Source: Candidatus Bathyarchaeota archaeon (lineage in GTDB: Archaea > Thermoproteota > Bathyarchaeia > TCS64). From it: 64,000 nucleotides of DNA. The notes under the pieces are model-generated. The model was given only the letters and a program-made list of their open reading frames with translations. It did not search any database and had not been told where the DNA came from. Each line of letters opens with the position of its first letter. Position 1 is the first letter of the stretch. The DNA lies in NCBI GenBank assembly GCA_963769425.1, contig CAVYLP010000001.1:256001-320000 (forward strand), read 5' to 3'. The position numbers and the translations under genes are program-made. Below, one piece after another: positions 20,598-30,675 of this stretch.

Positions 20598-21783
20598 AGT
20601 AGCCCCTTATCGCCACGAGGACGAGCCCCGCAGCGAAGCTGAAGGCGGCGCAGAAGTAGAATATCCACTCGATAGGCGCCACAGATACAATGCCCGCTAT
20701 GACGAACATGCCGAGGGTTCCGCCGATGCTCATCATCATCCCCCAGACGCCGGTAGCGGAGCCCCTGTCGGCCAGCGGGAGCGACTCCATGACGACGGCT
20801 TGGCTCACCGGGAACTCTAGGACGGCGCAGAGGCCGAGGACCCCCATTATGGCGATGAGCATGATGGGTGACTGTACACGGGGAAGGATGGTGAAGGCGG
20901 CGACGCTTACCAGAAGCCCGGTCACTATCGGGACGAAACGGCCTATTCTATCCGAGACTGTCCCCACGATGGGAAGGGCCACCGCCGTCATAAGGGCGTT
21001 CGCCGTCAGTGCGAGACCTATGTCCACGGTGCTGAAGCCCAGGACCCCTGCAGCGTATATCGGTATGAAGGTTGGGAGCATCCAGTGGCAGAAGGCATGG
21101 GCGAAGACAGCCGCCGAACCCGCGACGACCGCCTTGTTCGCGAAGAGGCGCCTCATGGTAGCGGGGAACTCCTTGACGAGCTTCGACGTCTGGCCCCCGA
21201 CGTTCCCGCCACTCTTCTTTTCATGGTCACCCCGCGTGAGGAGCATGAAGACGAAGACTGCTACCATGGCGACGACCCCCGCCATCACGAATATCTGGCG
21301 ATACTCGGGGAAGTAGAGGGCTAGGAAACCGCCGATGCTTGGGCCGATCACGGCGCTGACCGCCCAGCTCATGTGGTACCGTCCCATGGCGGCACCCACC
21401 TGATGCGGCGGGTAGAGGCTAGAGGCGTACGACTCCATCGGGGGAAAGAATATGCTCAGGCCGAGGCCGCTGATGAACATCCCCACGAGTGGAAGCCACG
21501 CGTTCCACGAAACGGCGTAGATGAATGGGACCAGCGCCACGAGGATGAGACCGATCATGATGAGCCTCTTCCTCCCGAGGACGTCGCTTAGCGACCCGGC
21601 GACGACCCTGAGGACACTCTGCTCGATGTTCCTGATGTTGTAGACGAGGCCGACGAGGGCGGCGGATATGCCTAGCTGCTCGAAGAAGAGTGGCTGGAAG
21701 CTCTGCGGGATCGTCTCCCCGAACTGCACCATGAAAGTGGCCCCCCAGAGGCCGAGGAATATCAGACGCTTCTTACTATCCAT
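20587..21783 (-). CDS. MFS transporter
   Basis: About 12 TMs, G.LSD.LGRK and SDRIGR motifs. Confidence 0.92.
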   Translation of the reverse strand: MDSKKRLIFLGLWGATFMVQFGETIPQSFQPLFFEQLGISAALVGLVYNIRNIEQSVLRVVAGSLSDVLGRKRLIMIGLILVALVPFIYAVSWNAWLPLVGMFISGLGLSIFFPPMESYASSLYPPHQVGAAMGRYHMSWAVSAVIGPSIGGFLALYFPEYRQIFVMAGVVAMVAVFVFMLLTRGDHEKKSGGNVGGQTSKLVKEFPATMRRLFANKAVVAGSAAVFAHAFCHWMLPTFIPIYAAGVLGFSTVDIGLALTANALMTAVALPIVGTVSDRIGRFVPIVTGLLVSVAAFTILPRVQSPIMLIAIMGVLGLCAVLEFPVSQAVVMESLPLADRGSATGVWGMMMSIGGTLGMFVIAGIVSVAPIEWIFYFCAAFSFAAGLVLVAIRGYFKA

Positions 21784-21924
21784 GCTATCCCCATCGACTA
21801 AGCACGATAGCAGGCGATGGGGCGGGGATTAAAACCTTCCCAAAAAAGGTGATTGTCTCAAAAAATCCACAATCCTCGCGACAGAGTAGGGGTTATAAGC
21901 CTCCGACCCTCTGCAACTGCTGAT

Positions 21925-22170
21925 ATGTGTCTCGCTATCCCCGGCAAGATTGAGTCAGTCGATGGTAGGGTTGCCATAGTTGACTTCGGAGGCGTCAAGC
22001 GCGAGGCAATCGTCGACCTCATGGAGAAGGGCACCATAGTCCCCGGCACATGGGTCCTCGTCCACACAGGCTTCGTCATCCAAACTCTAGATGAGAAGGA
22101 GGCGCTGGAAACCCTCGAGGCGTGGAGGGAAGTCCTCGCCAACACACCGATGCCCGAGGACGAGTTCTAG
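21925..22170 (+). CDS. hypC: Hydrogenase maturation chaperone HypC
   Basis: MCLAIPG...VLVH.GF. Confidence 0.95.
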   Translation: MCLAIPGKIESVDGRVAIVDFGGVKREAIVDLMEKGTIVPGTWVLVHTGFVIQTLDEKEALETLEAWREVLANTPMPEDEF

Positions 22171-22658
22171 CTCCGCTTCAGTTCGTAGACTACCCCTTCC
22201 AGCCAGACACCGTTTATCTCGACAGCTCTCTTCTTGTACTCTATCTTCTTGAATCCGAGTTTCTCGAGGACCCTGATCGAGGGCATGTTGCCTGGGTTGG
22301 CCTCCGCGACGACACTCGCCACGCCGGACGCGAACAGGTGGGTGACCAGCATCCTCGTCGCCTTAGTGCAGTAGCCCCTCCCACGGGCAGATGGGATTAC
22401 GCGGTAGCCGATCTGGACCGAGCCGTTTTCCTGATGCCTGCCCACGATCTGCCCGACCTTCTCACCATCCGCGGTCTCGATTATGTACCAGAGCTGCCCC
22501 GGCTTCTCCCTCGGGAGCCACTCCTCCAGCTCGCCCCGGGAGACAGGCTCGAGGGGCTCGAACTCGCCCGAGTAGTCCGGGTCGTTGTTCCATCTGAGGA
22601 GGAAGTCGATGTCCTCTAGGCTGAAGGGCCTCAGGCGAACGGTCTTGCCCCTGATCAA
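22167..22658 (-). CDS. GNAT acetyltransferase (RimJ/RimL family)
   Basis: IGY.V....RGRGY, N.PS.RVLEKLGF. Confidence 0.9.
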   Translation of the reverse strand: MIRGKTVRLRPFSLEDIDFLLRWNNDPDYSGEFEPLEPVSRGELEEWLPREKPGQLWYIIETADGEKVGQIVGRHQENGSVQIGYRVIPSARGRGYCTKATRMLVTHLFASGVASVVAEANPGNMPSIRVLEKLGFKKIEYKKRAVEINGVWLEGVVYELKRS

Positions 22659-22740
22659 GCTGCCCTTGAACTTGTCTGGTGGCTAATTATCGTTTGCTGG
22701 TCTTCGGGTAAGCGGGCCACCTCTTCTATTCTGAAGGCTC

Positions 22741-23100
22741 ATGGTTGACTACTGGCGCGGCTTCCCAGCGGGGCCGAACGCACCCGAGGAGATATACGTC
22801 GTCACCGAGATAACCCGTGGGGGGCGGAACAAGTACGAGTACAGGCGAAGCAGGGCGTTTTCATCCTCGACTGCGTCCTCTACACGTACTACCCCTGCGA
22901 CTACTGCTTCATCCCCCGGACCCTAGACGACGACGGCGCCCCACTAGACGTGGTGCCACTCATAAACGAGCACACCTTCACCGGCTGGCGCACTTACGAC
23001 AAGATCAGCGTCTACGACGGTCTGGATGGGGGAGGCAACGAAGCTGATAGAGGTTAGCCAGAAGAGGTTCTGGGAGAACCACGCCAAGCTCAAGTCGTAA
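22741..23100 (+). pseudogene. ppa: Decayed family I inorganic pyrophosphatase
   Basis: GP..PE...V..EI..G.RNKYEY, frameshift, [24 protein letters not shown], then internal deletion and a second frameshift. Confidence 0.85.
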
Positions 23101-23152
23101 CCTGGGGTCAGGCTTTTAACCCGAGTACATATGGCTGTGTAGGTCAGCCGCC

Positions 23153-24589
23153 ATGGAGTACAAAGCCGACGCCTTCCTCAGAACATCGGGATACATCCCC
23201 TCGAGGGACCAGTGGACCCCCGCGGACGAGGCACTCTACAGCGTCGACTTGGCGCTGAACGTGGAACCTGAGCGGGCGGAGGATTTGAGGCTGCGGGCCA
23301 TCAGGCACAGCGTCGCCAGATGGTACTCAGGGTGCAACTGGTACAGGCGCTACTGCAGGGAGTTCGACTTCGACCCCACAGCTCTAAAGACAACGGAGGA
23401 CATCGCCAAGGTTCCCCTAGTCTCCCACAGGTTCTTCAAGACGTACCCGGAGGGCCCAGAGTTCGCGGGGTGGCTCAGCCAGCTCTCCCTAGACGGCGCA
23501 CCGGTACCGGAGATAGGTAAGAAAAACCCGAGCATAGACGATGTCATCGAGGCATATGCCGCCACGGGCCTACAGGCCGTCTACAGCAGCGGCACGAGTG
23601 GCCGCTTCAGCTTCCTACCGAAGGATCAGACGACGCTGAATAGGTCACAGTACCTCATCGTGAAGCTGACCGTGGGCGAGTTCTGGAGGGAGTGGTACGA
23701 CCCTGAGAGCTACACATACCTACTCGGGCCCAACCCGGCGAAGACCAACCTCTGGGTTGGGAAAGTCGTCTACCCGCTGCCACGCGTCTTCAGGGACACC
23801 CGCTACGCCATCGACGCCGAGGTGACGACGCAGATGGTGAGGCTGAGCCAGGGTGATGCTCACGGCGTCGGTGAGAAGGCGATGGCGGCGGTGATGCCAC
23901 TCATCTCCGCTAGCAGGCGCATAGTCCCGAACATCATCAACTGGCTAGCGGAGCGGGAGAAGAAGAGGGACAAGATCTTCATCTGCGAGGCGCCCTTCAT
24001 CCTCCAGCGCGTCATGAATGAACTGAGGGAGCAGGGGAGGAGCTTTGACTTCGGTGAGCGGGGCGCCATAGTCACGGGGGGCGGCTGGAAGAATAACGAG
24101 GACGAGAAGCAGCCACACGATGCGTTCCGGAGGAACGTGGAGGAGACCCTCGGCATCCCCGGGCACATGTGCGTCGACCTCTACACGATGTGCGAGAGCA
24201 ACTGGCACGCGATACAATGCCCCGAGGGACACTACTTCCACCTGCCGCAGACCGTCGTCTACCCGATGGTGCTGGATGAGAACATGAAGCCGCTCCCGGA
24301 GGGGGAGGCGGGGCGCTTCGCCTTCGTCGACCCCCTCGCCAACAGCTACCCAGGTGCAATAGTCACGGGAGATATCGTAAAGCTGCGCGACCACTGCCCA
24401 GTCTGCGGGAGACCCGGCCCCGTTCTCGAACCAGACGTCCACAGGGCGACGGGGGAGGAGATGAGGGGGTGCGCCGAGGAGGTCCGCAGACTCATGGACA
24501 GCGACGGCTCCGAGATGATACACGACATGGTCTGCGCTCCCGACAGGAGCAGGATGCCCCTCATGCTCATGAAGAAGAGGGAGAGCTAG
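23153..24589 (+). CDS. LuxE-like acyl-protein synthetase (ANL superfamily)
   Basis: SSGTSG P-loop, TGGGWK, DLY.M.E, DPLANSYPGAIVTGD, C-terminal E.RGCA. Confidence 0.8.
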   Translation: MEYKADAFLRTSGYIPSRDQWTPADEALYSVDLALNVEPERAEDLRLRAIRHSVARWYSGCNWYRRYCREFDFDPTALKTTEDIAKVPLVSHRFFKTYPEGPEFAGWLSQLSLDGAPVPEIGKKNPSIDDVIEAYAATGLQAVYSSGTSGRFSFLPKDQTTLNRSQYLIVKLTVGEFWREWYDPESYTYLLGPNPAKTNLWVGKVVYPLPRVFRDTRYAIDAEVTTQMVRLSQGDAHGVGEKAMAAVMPLISASRRIVPNIINWLAEREKKRDKIFICEAPFILQRVMNELREQGRSFDFGERGAIVTGGGWKNNEDEKQPHDAFRRNVEETLGIPGHMCVDLYTMCESNWHAIQCPEGHYFHLPQTVVYPMVLDENMKPLPEGEAGRFAFVDPLANSYPGAIVTGDIVKLRDHCPVCGRPGPVLEPDVHRATGEEMRGCAEEVRRLMDSDGSEMIHDMVCAPDRSRMPLMLMKKRES

Positions 24590-25811
24590 TCTTCTGCAGG
24601 TTTCTCAGGCACCCCGTGTCTGCGGCGTAGGGGTTGTTGTGGTAGTTGTAGGCGCGTCCTCTGCAGCCTCCGCATAGGTACCTGAACTGGCACTTACCGC
24701 AGTGTGGCTCGAGAGCCTCCCTGTCCCAGAGGCTTGTCTCCTCCCCGAGCTTCACCCAGATGTCCCGGAAGGGAGTCTTCCGGATATTTCCGAACTTCCA
24801 CCCAGGGATGAACATGCAGGGGGTGATGTCCCCGTTCGGCTGTATGCAGCAGAACTGGCGACCCGCCCCGCAGCCCTTTATCGCCTCGAGGGGCACAGAG
24901 GGCCTCCCCGTGTTGGCGAGGGCCGTGTAGTAGGTGGGCGCCTCGATGTAGAACTGGTTGGCGGCGCTACGCGTCTCTATGTATAGCTGGTCCGGGTCGA
25001 TGTCCTCCCCGAGGCTGTACTCTAGGCAGACTCTATTGTACTGGGGAGCGGTGGAGAGCACCTCCAACCCGGCGGTCCTCCTCCTCTTCGCCAGCTTCCG
25101 CAGCAGCGCGTCCCTCTCCTCGGGTGACGGGTCCTGCTCCTTGATCCCCGGCGCGCGCCCCGTGGGGACGAAGTTGAAGTGGATGAACCTGTTCGCCCCC
25201 CAGCCCGCGGCGAGGTCAAGCATCTCGTCCACCTCCTCTAGGGTCTTCTTGGTGACCACCATGGCGACGGCTGTGAATATCTTGGCCTCTATGCAGTTCT
25301 TTATCCCCTGCACGGTGCGCTCCCATGAGCCGGGGACGCCCCGGAACTCGTCGTGCACCCCAGGGTGGACGGAGTCGAGGCTTATCTCGATGTAGCCGAG
25401 GCCCGCGGCCTTGAGGCGCTGCGCGACGTCCGGCGTGAGGGTGACGGCGTTCGTGGCGACCCCCACGTGCATCCCCTTCTGGGTGAGCCTGTCGAGGACG
25501 GGCCAGAAGTCGGGGTGTATGAGTGGCTCGCCCCCGGAGAGGACGGGGACTTTGACCCCTGCCTCCACGAGCTGGTCGATGAGTGTCATCTTCTCGGGGA
25601 GTGTCAGCTCGTCTGGCGTCGTCTCTGGGCCGGCGTTCTGGTAGCAGTGCTTGCACTTGAGGTTGCAGACGTTTGTGAAGTTCCAGATGACCATATGGGG
25701 AACGCGCCTAGCTAGAGCCCTCTGTATGCCGCCGCCCTGTGGAGCCATACGCCCATACACCGATCCATGGCTCTTATTCCCTTCGGCGAAAACCCCTGTT
25801 GGGAAAGACAT
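24567..25811 (-). CDS. Radical SAM protein with SPASM domain; start may be downstream
   Basis: CNLKCKHC, SGGEP, GCGAG...PC, C..C.....C.GC. Confidence 0.92.
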   Translation of the reverse strand: MSFPTGVFAEGNKSHGSVYGRMAPQGGGIQRALARRVPHMVIWNFTNVCNLKCKHCYQNAGPETTPDELTLPEKMTLIDQLVEAGVKVPVLSGGEPLIHPDFWPVLDRLTQKGMHVGVATNAVTLTPDVAQRLKAAGLGYIEISLDSVHPGVHDEFRGVPGSWERTVQGIKNCIEAKIFTAVAMVVTKKTLEEVDEMLDLAAGWGANRFIHFNFVPTGRAPGIKEQDPSPEERDALLRKLAKRRRTAGLEVLSTAPQYNRVCLEYSLGEDIDPDQLYIETRSAANQFYIEAPTYYTALANTGRPSVPLEAIKGCGAGRQFCCIQPNGDITPCMFIPGWKFGNIRKTPFRDIWVKLGEETSLWDREALEPHCGKCQFRYLCGGCRGRAYNYHNNPYAADTGCLRNLQKTSSPSSS

Positions 25812-25840
25812 TAATCGCCTGTTGAGGGCTATGCTCCTAG

Positions 25841-27001
25841 GTGCGCGTTTTGGACCACGAGCGCGAGTTACTCATGATTCCGGGACCGACGATGGTCTCA
25901 CCCAGGGTCCTCAGGGCCCTAGCCAAGCCGATTCTAAGCCACGGCGCGGCGGAGTTCACGGAGGCATACGCGGAGACGCTCAAGCTGCAGAAGAGCCTCT
26001 TCATGACGAGCGGTACGCCCTTCCTCCTCTCGGGGAGCGGGACACTCGGTATGGAGGCAGCAGCTGCTAACCTCGTTGAGAAGGGGGACAAGGTCCTCAC
26101 AATCGAGAACGGCTTCTTCGGCGAGAAGTGGCAGGAGATAGTCCCCGCCCACGGAGGAGTCGCCGACCGCCTCACCTTCGAGTGGGGCAAGGCAGTCGAC
26201 CTCAAACTGGTGAAGGAGAAGCTGAGCAAGGGCGGATACAAGGCCGTCTTCGTCGAGCACGTCGACACAAGCACGGGGATAGGAAACCCCATCGAGGAGA
26301 TAGGCAAGCTCGTCAGGGGTACCGACTCCCTCTACGTGGTTGACAGTGTCTGCGGACTCGGCGGCATGCCCCTCAAGATGGACGAGTGGGGCATCGACTT
26401 CTGCCTCAGCGGCAGCCAGAAGGCCATCGGCGCGCCGCCGGGCCTCAGCCTCTTCTGCCTCAACGAGAAGACGTGGAAGGCCATCGAGGGCAGGAAGACG
26501 CCCATCGCCGACTACTACACCAATCTCAAGAGGTGGCGCCCAATCATGGAGGACCCGAAGAAGTACTTCGCCACCCCAGCCACGGGGATGGTCCTCGGAA
26601 TGCTCGAGGCGTTCAAGATTATCCACGAGGAGGGGCTTGAGGCGCGGTGGAAGAGGCATGCCCTTTTCAGCAAGGCGTTCCAGGCGGGCATCAAGGGCAT
26701 GGGATTGACGAGCTTCCCCGACGAGAAGAGCCTCGCCCACACCCTGAGCGTCCCCAAGCTACCCGAGTCTGTGAAGGGCAGCGACTTCCGCGCCGCCATC
26801 GGCAAGTTCAACGTCATCACGGCGGGCGGGCTCGGCGCCGTCGCCGACAAGACGATACGCGTCGGCCACATGGGCAGCGACATGGTGAACGACATCACGG
26901 CCACCCTCGCAGCGATGGAGATGGCGCTCCACCAGCTCGGCTACGTCAAGGAACCGGGCGCGGGCGTAGGCGCCGCGATGAAGGTCTTCGCCAAGGCGTA
27001 G
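25841..27001 (+). CDS. Class V aminotransferase (serine-pyruvate/alanine-glyoxylate)
   Basis: LMIPGPT, GSGT.GME, DTSTG, SGSQKA, RVGHMG. Confidence 0.92.
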   Translation: MRVLDHERELLMIPGPTMVSPRVLRALAKPILSHGAAEFTEAYAETLKLQKSLFMTSGTPFLLSGSGTLGMEAAAANLVEKGDKVLTIENGFFGEKWQEIVPAHGGVADRLTFEWGKAVDLKLVKEKLSKGGYKAVFVEHVDTSTGIGNPIEEIGKLVRGTDSLYVVDSVCGLGGMPLKMDEWGIDFCLSGSQKAIGAPPGLSLFCLNEKTWKAIEGRKTPIADYYTNLKRWRPIMEDPKKYFATPATGMVLGMLEAFKIIHEEGLEARWKRHALFSKAFQAGIKGMGLTSFPDEKSLAHTLSVPKLPESVKGSDFRAAIGKFNVITAGGLGAVADKTIRVGHMGSDMVNDITATLAAMEMALHQLGYVKEPGAGVGAAMKVFAKA

Positions 27002-27041
27002 ACCACACCCATTTTTTTAGGTCAAACACTCATTTCTACCC

Positions 27042-27515
27042 GTGTCTCTCAACAACACCTTCATGAGGAGGGCGTTCGACCTCGCCGTCTCCGCGGCGGT
27101 GAAGGGCAACCACCCCTTCGGCGCCGTCCTCGTACACAACGGCGAGGTCATCCTCACCGCTGAGAACACGGTCAACACCGCTAACGATCAGACGTGGCAC
27201 GCGGAGCTTAACCTGATCGCGGAGGCGAGGAGGACACTCCCGCTAAAGACTCTGGCGGAGAGCACGTTCTACGCCAGCACCGCCCCCTGTCCCATGTGCG
27301 CCTACGCTATCTGGGAGGCGGGGATAACCCGAATCGTCTACGGTGTTACCTACAACACATTCGCGAAACTCGTCACGAAGGGAGCCCCATACATCAAAAT
27401 CGAGGACATCTACAGGCTCCTAAAAACACCCGCCGAGATAACGGGGGATGTCCTTGAGGAGGAGGGGGTCAGGGGATACGCTCACTGGCCGAAGAGGGCT
27501 AGTTCCCCCTCTTAG
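27042..27515 (+). CDS. Zn-dependent nucleoside/nucleobase deaminase
   Basis: PFGAV, HAE, PCPMC. Confidence 0.9.
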   Translation: MSLNNTFMRRAFDLAVSAAVKGNHPFGAVLVHNGEVILTAENTVNTANDQTWHAELNLIAEARRTLPLKTLAESTFYASTAPCPMCAYAIWEAGITRIVYGVTYNTFAKLVTKGAPYIKIEDIYRLLKTPAEITGDVLEEEGVRGYAHWPKRASSPS

Positions 27516-30285
27516 TTATTCTTCGAACTAGGTATTTCCTCACTTCATCGATCACTAGGACAGCGGGCGCCAGTAGGAAGAGTGCCAGCCAGTCCGCTGG
27601 GGGTAGCGCCGCAGTCCCGAAGATGGGCTGGAGGAAGGGCGCGTAGACGATTAGTGCGAGTAGCCCCAGCTCGACGAGTATGCCAATCGGTATCCACCTG
27701 TTGCTTAGCGGGTTCGACTTGAGCGACGAGTGGAGGCCGACGCGTGTCGAGATGAGGTTCCCGAGCTGCCCCGCCATGATTCCCACGAGCACTGCGGTCG
27801 TGCCCATCGCGTAGACCCGAGCGTCAGCTATGGAGCTGACACCGTAGTGCCAACCTCCTCGACCCCAGACGTTGAAGGCGTACAGAACCGCGACAGTACC
27901 GACAATCGCGCCGATGACCGCAGCCCGCTCCAGCGTCTCACCGCCCATCAGCTTGACGCTCCTCGCCCTTGGCGGCCTCTCGAGGACATCCGACTCCGGC
28001 GGCTCGGTGATGAGGGCGAGTGAGACGGGTATCTCGAGGAGCAGGTCGATGGCGAGGACCTGGATGACTAGGAGCGGGAGGGGGATACCGAGGATTATGA
28101 AGGCGACGAAGGTGACGAGCTCGGCGAAGTTGTGGGTGTAGACGTAGTAGACGAACTTGCGGAGGTTGTCGTACGTCGCCCTCCCCAGCCTCAGCCCCTC
28201 GACGATTGATGTGAAGTCGTTGTCGAGTAGCACCATGTCCGCGGACTCCCGCGCCACGTCGGTGCCGCCCGCACCCATCGCGATGCCCACGTTCGCCTCG
28301 ATCAGGGCGGGGGAGTCGTTCACACCGTCCCCTGTCACGGCGACTATCTCGCCCTTTCCCATCAGGGCCTTCACGACCCTTAACTTGTGCTCAGGCGTCG
28401 TCCTCGCGAACACTATCTCGGGTGTGTCTAGTACTCTCGATAACTCGTCGTCGCTCATTTTGTTCAACTCCGAGCCCGTCACCGCGACGTGCTTCGAGTC
28501 GGATATTATACCGACCTTCCTCGCCACAGCCTCGGCGGTGAGCTCGTGGTCGCCCGTGATCATGATGACCCTGACGCCGGCCATTTTCGCCTGTTGGACA
28601 GCTGCCTCCGTCTTCGGCCTAGGCGGGTCATGTAGGGCCGCGAGACCTAGGAACGTCATGTTGGTCTCTACGAGCTCCGATTTCGCCTCCACCCCCGGTG
28701 ATAGTTCTCTAGACGCTAGGGCGAGGACTCTGTAGCCGTCTGAGGCGAAGGTGGTTATCTGACGGGCCACCTCGTCCCTCATCGCATCAGTGAGAGGCTC
28801 GATCTTCCCTCCGTAGAAGACGGAGGTGCAGCGGGCGAGCACGTCGTAGCATGAGCCCTTAGTGTAGGCCTTCCAGACCCCGCTGGGGGTGCTATGGATG
28901 ACTGTCATCATCCTCCTCGCCGAGTCGAAGGGTAGGAGCCCCGTTCGGGGACTCTCCGCGAGGGCGGCGACGGCGTTGAAGTCACCCTTGCCGGCGAAGA
29001 CTAGGAAGGCGCCGTCCGTGGGGTCACCGAGTACCGACCAGCGCCCGATCCGGTCGGTTGGGGCGACTAGCTTCGCGTTCGTGCAGAAGGCGGAGACCTC
29101 GAAGAGGCTTACGAGGTGGGGCCTCTCTTCGGGGTTTATCCTCCTACCCTCGACGGTGACGAAGCCCTCGGGGCTGTAGCCGTCCCCCGTGACCTCGAAG
29201 ACCTTCCCAGTTGCCCACAGCTTCTCCACCATCATCTCTCCGCTCGTGATCGTCCCCGTCTTGTCGACGCAGAGTACGGTCATTGAGCCAATGGTCTCTA
29301 TTGCGGAGAGGCGCTTGACGACGACGTGTCTCTTTGCCATGCCGAGGGCGGTGATGGCTAGGCTCAGGGAGACGGTTAGCTGGAAGCCCTCAGGGACGAG
29401 GCTGATCATCACGCCGATGGCGAAGAGTATGCTCTCGATGATAGTGAGGTTGACGAAGGTCTTGGCGACGAGGAAGAAGAGGGCGCCCACGGCGACGGAG
29501 AGGACGAGGTTGAGCTTCGCTGTCCTGTCGATGTCCCTCTGTAGGGGGCTGAGGGGGTCCTCGATCTGGCTTGAGAGGGCGACGATTCGCCCGAACTGGG
29601 TTTCCTTCCCAGTCGTGAGGACGACGCCCCTCGCCACGCCGGAGACCATCGTCGTGCCCGCGAAGAGGAGGTTCTGGTACTCCACCGAGTTGTTCACGGT
29701 CATCCCAGGCGTCATGTCGACGAAGCGTCCTCAGCGCCTCCGACTCGCCGGTGAGGATCGAGTTGTCGACTGAGACCTCGAAGGCGCTCATGAGACGGAG
29801 GTCAGCCGGGACTCTGTCCCCCTCGTCGAGGACGACGACATCCCCGGGCACGACGTCCGCCACCTCGACCTCCACCTCGACAGCGTTTCTGAGGACCTTA
29901 GCCTTCGTCGGGATCATCTTGGTAATGGTCTGGACGGCTTGCTCAGCGCGATATTCTTGGAAGATACTGAATGCGACGTTGATGATTACGACCGCGAGTA
30001 TCGCGGCACCCATCTGCACCGAACCCGGATCGTGGTAAGCGTATCCGCTGAAGAAGCTGAGACCCGAGGCGAATAGTAGGAGTAGGTTGAAGGCGTTCCT
30101 GATCTGGAGGATCGTTCTGCTTGTTAGGCTCCTCTTCTTGGCGGAAGGTAGTTTGTTGGGTCCATATTGTTGAAGCCGTCCGCTGCCTTATCCCCGGTCA
30201 GCCCATCTGGCCCTGACTGGAGTAGCCTGTAGACCTCATCGACCCTCGATAAGGCGTATTCGTCGTAGCTTGACTTCTCCCCCAC
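27499..30285 (-). CDS. P2-type cation-transporting ATPase, frameshifts near 29730 and 30175
   Basis: YGPN.L, TGES, PEG, DKTGT, TGD and GDGVND spread over three frames. Confidence 0.9.
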
Positions 30286-30418
30286 CCACCCTCCCCCCAG
30301 AAGCTTAATGCCTAAACTCTTGGTCTCTCCCCCCCCCACAGAATCTTATTGAATATGTAACTTCATTTGTGATTTAATTTGTGGTGCCTCTGGCACCGGT
30401 CTAAAAGACGGGGCCGAG

Positions 30419-30613
30419 TTACAACTCGGTCTTGGCGCACGTGATCTTGGCGAGGAGCTCGTCAGCTGCCTTTGCCTCGAGCTTTATGGTGAAGAGGTTG
30501 CCGGGGGTCCTCAGCTTGAGCTTGGTGACCTCACCGAGCTTCTTTACCTTGCACTCGCTCGCCTTCTCTGACAACTTGAGGAACTCGTCAACGTTTGTTA
30601 TTTCTTTCGGCAT
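30419..30613 (-). CDS. rpl38e: 50S ribosomal protein eL38
   Basis: MPKEI...EFL........VKK....KLKLRT...LFT. Confidence 0.88.
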   Translation of the reverse strand: MPKEITNVDEFLKLSEKASECKVKKLGEVTKLKLRTPGNLFTIKLEAKAADELLAKITCAKTEL

Positions 30614-30675
30614 ACCTGCCACCGTGTCTTGACAAGAGAAATGGAGGCTAATATTTAGCCTTTCGGTCGGGTGGG

